Positions 61,623-64,000 of a DNA stretch of 64,000 nt are shown in pieces (the first letter of the stretch is position 1; each line of letters begins with the position of its first letter). The stretch covers positions 800,001-864,000 of the forward strand of contig CAXWPL010000004.1 of NCBI GenBank assembly GCA_963666215.2. Direction: 5' to 3'. Position numbers and translations under genes: made by a program. This stretch comes from Acidobacteriota bacterium. Its GTDB lineage: Bacteria > Acidobacteriota > UBA890 > WLXD01. Below the pieces are notes generated by a model. It saw nothing but the letters and a program-made list of their open reading frames with translations. It was not told where the DNA came from and made no database searches.

Positions 61623-63767
61623 ATGCTTCCAATTTCTGGTTCTTGGCCGGGCACCCGGCGAACAGCGATGTTCTTGGCGATCGTACTGTCGCTGATGCCG
61701 CTGGCAGTCACGCTAGCGGGTGTTCAGCCGCAGCAGGGGCCGCCGGCCACGTCCGTGCAGCCACAGTTGCCTCCGGAGGCCGCGCCGGTTTCCGTTCAGG
61801 CTGGCCCGGCGCCCGCCCAGAGCGGCGCGGAGGCTGCCGCGCCGTCAGAGGAAGAGCCAGCTGCTCTGCGTCCGGGACGAGGTCCGACCGATGCCACCGA
61901 CGTCGAGACGTTCATCGACGGCGTGATGTCGGCCCACCTCGAGGCCTACGACATCGCTGGCGCTACCGTGGCTGTCGTCCGCGACGGAGAGGTGCTGCTC
62001 GCCAAGGGTTACGGCTTCGCTGACGTCGAGGAGCGCAGAAAAGTCGACGACGACGTTTCGCTTTTTCGCATCGGCTCGATTTCGAAGCTCTTCGTCTGGA
62101 TAGCCGTGATGCAGCTCGTTGAACAGAATCGCCTCGATCTCAATACCGACATCAATGAATACGTCGACGCATTCGATATCGCCGAAGCCTTCCACGGGCC
62201 GGTCACGATGGCCGACTTGATGACTCACGGCGCCGGGTTCGAGGATCAGGTCATCGGCCTCTTCAGTCGTGACGAGGCCAGCCTGCGCGAGCTGCCCGCG
62301 ATCATTGCCGACGAGATGCCGCGGCGTGTACGTCCTGCCGGCGAGGCCGCTTCGTACTCCAATCACGGAACCGGCATGGCAGCGCATGTGGTGGAGGCGA
62401 TCTCGGGCCTGGACTTCATCGACTACGTTGAGCGCAACATCACGGGTCCGCTCGGCATGAGCCACACTACGCTCCGGCAACCGGTGCCAGCCCACCTGAT
62501 CGCCTACATGTCGAAGGGCTACACCTTCAGCGACCGCAAGTTCGACGAGAAGCCGTTCGAATTCGTGCCGCTGGCGCCGGTTGGGGCGGTGTCGGCCAGC
62601 GCCGCCGACATGGCCCGGCTGATGATCATGTTCCTGCGGGAGGGTGCCTACGGCCCAGATGGTGCGGCGGGCCTGGATGGCACCGATAGCGTGGCCGCCG
62701 CAAACGACATCGCAGGGCAAGGCCGAATCCTTCGAGCAAGCTCGATGCGTCGCGCGCTCAGCCCGCTGCATCGCCACGCGCCCGAAGTCAATCCGATGGG
62801 CCACGGCTTCATCGACTCGAGTAGCAATGGCGAGTGGGTGATTGGACACGGCGGCCGAACGCTGTGGTTCCACTCCGACCTGGCGCTGCTTCCGGACCAC
62901 GAGGTCGGCGTGTTCGTTTCGTACAACAGCGCGCGCGGTCGCACGGCCAAGGGCGCGTTCATGCGGCAGTTCATGGACCACTACTTTCCGTTCGACGATC
63001 CCGAGGAGATTGCGCCGCCTGCCGACCTCGAGGCATGGGCTTCGCGAGCGAGTCGCTACGAAGGCAGCTACCGCGCCAACCGATACTCGCACTCGACGAT
63101 CGCCAAGATCGGCGCGCTCGGTGCCGTGGAGGTATCGGCGACCGACGACGGCGCACTGATGACCAGCTCCACCGGCCGCATTCGCTGGCTCGAGGTGTCG
63201 CCGCTGGTGTTCCGCGAAGAAATGGGTCACGACCGCCTGGTGTTCCGCGAGGACGCCGACGGCAACATCACGCATCTGTTCCTATCGGGCCTGCCGATCA
63301 TCGCTTTCGACCGACTGTCGGCCTACGAGACGCCGCGCACGCACGCCGTCCTGGCGGTCAGCTCCGCGTTGCTGCTGATACTGACCGTGGTGCTGTGGCC
63401 AATCGCCGCCCTCGTGCGCAGCAAGCACGGATACGAGGTTCGCCGGGAGCATCGACTTCCCACCGGCGCTCGATTGAGCGCCTGGACGGGTGCCGCGCTC
63501 ATGGTGGTCTTCGCGGCAGGCTTGGCGTTCGCGCTTGCCGATCCCAATGAGATCGTATTCGGCGTCGCTCGTGGACTGATCCTGGCGCTGTGGATGCCGC
63601 TGCTGGCGATTCCCTTCGCCGCGGCAACGGTCGTGTGGACGGTGATTCTGTGGCGCGAGGCGCGCGCCGGTTTCTGGACGCGCGTCATCTACACGCTGCT
63701 CGCGCTCGCCTTCATCGTGACGTACTGGCTGTTGCACTACTGGAACTTGCTGGGGTTTCGCTACTAG
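61623..63767 (+). CDS. Serine hydrolase (beta-lactamase/AmpC-like) with three C-terminal TM helices
   Basis: FRIGSISK (SxxK), LMTHGAG, YSN and HGG motifs; hydrophobic C-terminus. Confidence 0.9.
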   Translation: MLPISGSWPGTRRTAMFLAIVLSLMPLAVTLAGVQPQQGPPATSVQPQLPPEAAPVSVQAGPAPAQSGAEAAAPSEEEPAALRPGRGPTDATDVETFIDGVMSAHLEAYDIAGATVAVVRDGEVLLAKGYGFADVEERRKVDDDVSLFRIGSISKLFVWIAVMQLVEQNRLDLNTDINEYVDAFDIAEAFHGPVTMADLMTHGAGFEDQVIGLFSRDEASLRELPAIIADEMPRRVRPAGEAASYSNHGTGMAAHVVEAISGLDFIDYVERNITGPLGMSHTTLRQPVPAHLIAYMSKGYTFSDRKFDEKPFEFVPLAPVGAVSASAADMARLMIMFLREGAYGPDGAAGLDGTDSVAAANDIAGQGRILRASSMRRALSPLHRHAPEVNPMGHGFIDSSSNGEWVIGHGGRTLWFHSDLALLPDHEVGVFVSYNSARGRTAKGAFMRQFMDHYFPFDDPEEIAPPADLEAWASRASRYEGSYRANRYSHSTIAKIGALGAVEVSATDDGALMTSSTGRIRWLEVSPLVFREEMGHDRLVFREDADGNITHLFLSGLPIIAFDRLSAYETPRTHAVLAVSSALLLILTVVLWPIAALVRSKHGYEVRREHRLPTGARLSAWTGAALMVVFAAGLAFALADPNEIVFGVARGLILALWMPLLAIPFAAATVVWTVILWREARAGFWTRVIYTLLALAFIVTYWLLHYWNLLGFRY

Positions 63768-63958
63768 CGACCAGCAGCGATGGTGTCGGCGACCACCTCG
63801 CCGCCCTTCATCACGAGGGCAACGTTTTCGAGCACGCGTATGTCGTCGATTGGATCGCTCTCCACGGCGATCAGGTCGGCAATGTCGGCATAGCGACCGG
63901 GCGCGATCGCGCCGCGCAGCGTGCGAACTAGCGACGGCTTCGAGCTTGAAGCCGCCAT
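63764..63958 (-). pseudogene. C-terminal remnant of an amidohydrolase-family gene
   Basis: GAIAPGRYADIADLIAVESDPIDDIRVLENVALVMKGG is the standard last strand region of amidohydrolases. The catalytic barrel is missing. Confidence 0.7.
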
Positions 63959-64000
63959 CCTTGATATTCGAGCTGGGCTGCTAGAGTAGCCGCGCGGTCG

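Overview
This is a GC-rich bacterial chromosome segment, most likely from Acidobacteriota, judging by its marker families: GWxTD protein, VWFA-related proteins, a PadR plus ADOP-type permease pair and VPS10-type glycosyl hydrolases. Core loci are tRNA-Asn, tRNA-Ser-ffs-dnaX-ybaB-recR, carAB, addBA, a fused 2-oxoacid dehydrogenase E1 and metF. Two different IS elements (IS1182 and IS5 families) sit abutted at one CTAG site beside a fucosyltransferase-like gene. The main points of interest are five. (1) A full-length eukaryote-type MTHFR carries the C-terminal SAM-binding regulatory domain. (2) A 387-aa protein has a 2-TM/HAMP module fused in front of an internal type IV prepilin cleavage site. 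(3) An envelope-related gene neighbourhood of about 16 kb holds a giant VWA protein, a Tat-exported dockerin/GH99-like protein, a sigma54-driven GWxTD gene, a GT-C/ankyrin fusion and an SGNH protein. (4) Several abrupt truncation or frameshift junctions occur, which are either real deletions or assembly artefacts. (5) Several genes have leaderless-type or non-canonical translation starts. No CRISPR array, rRNA or prophage was seen. All family calls come from reading motifs by eye; no database searches were run.
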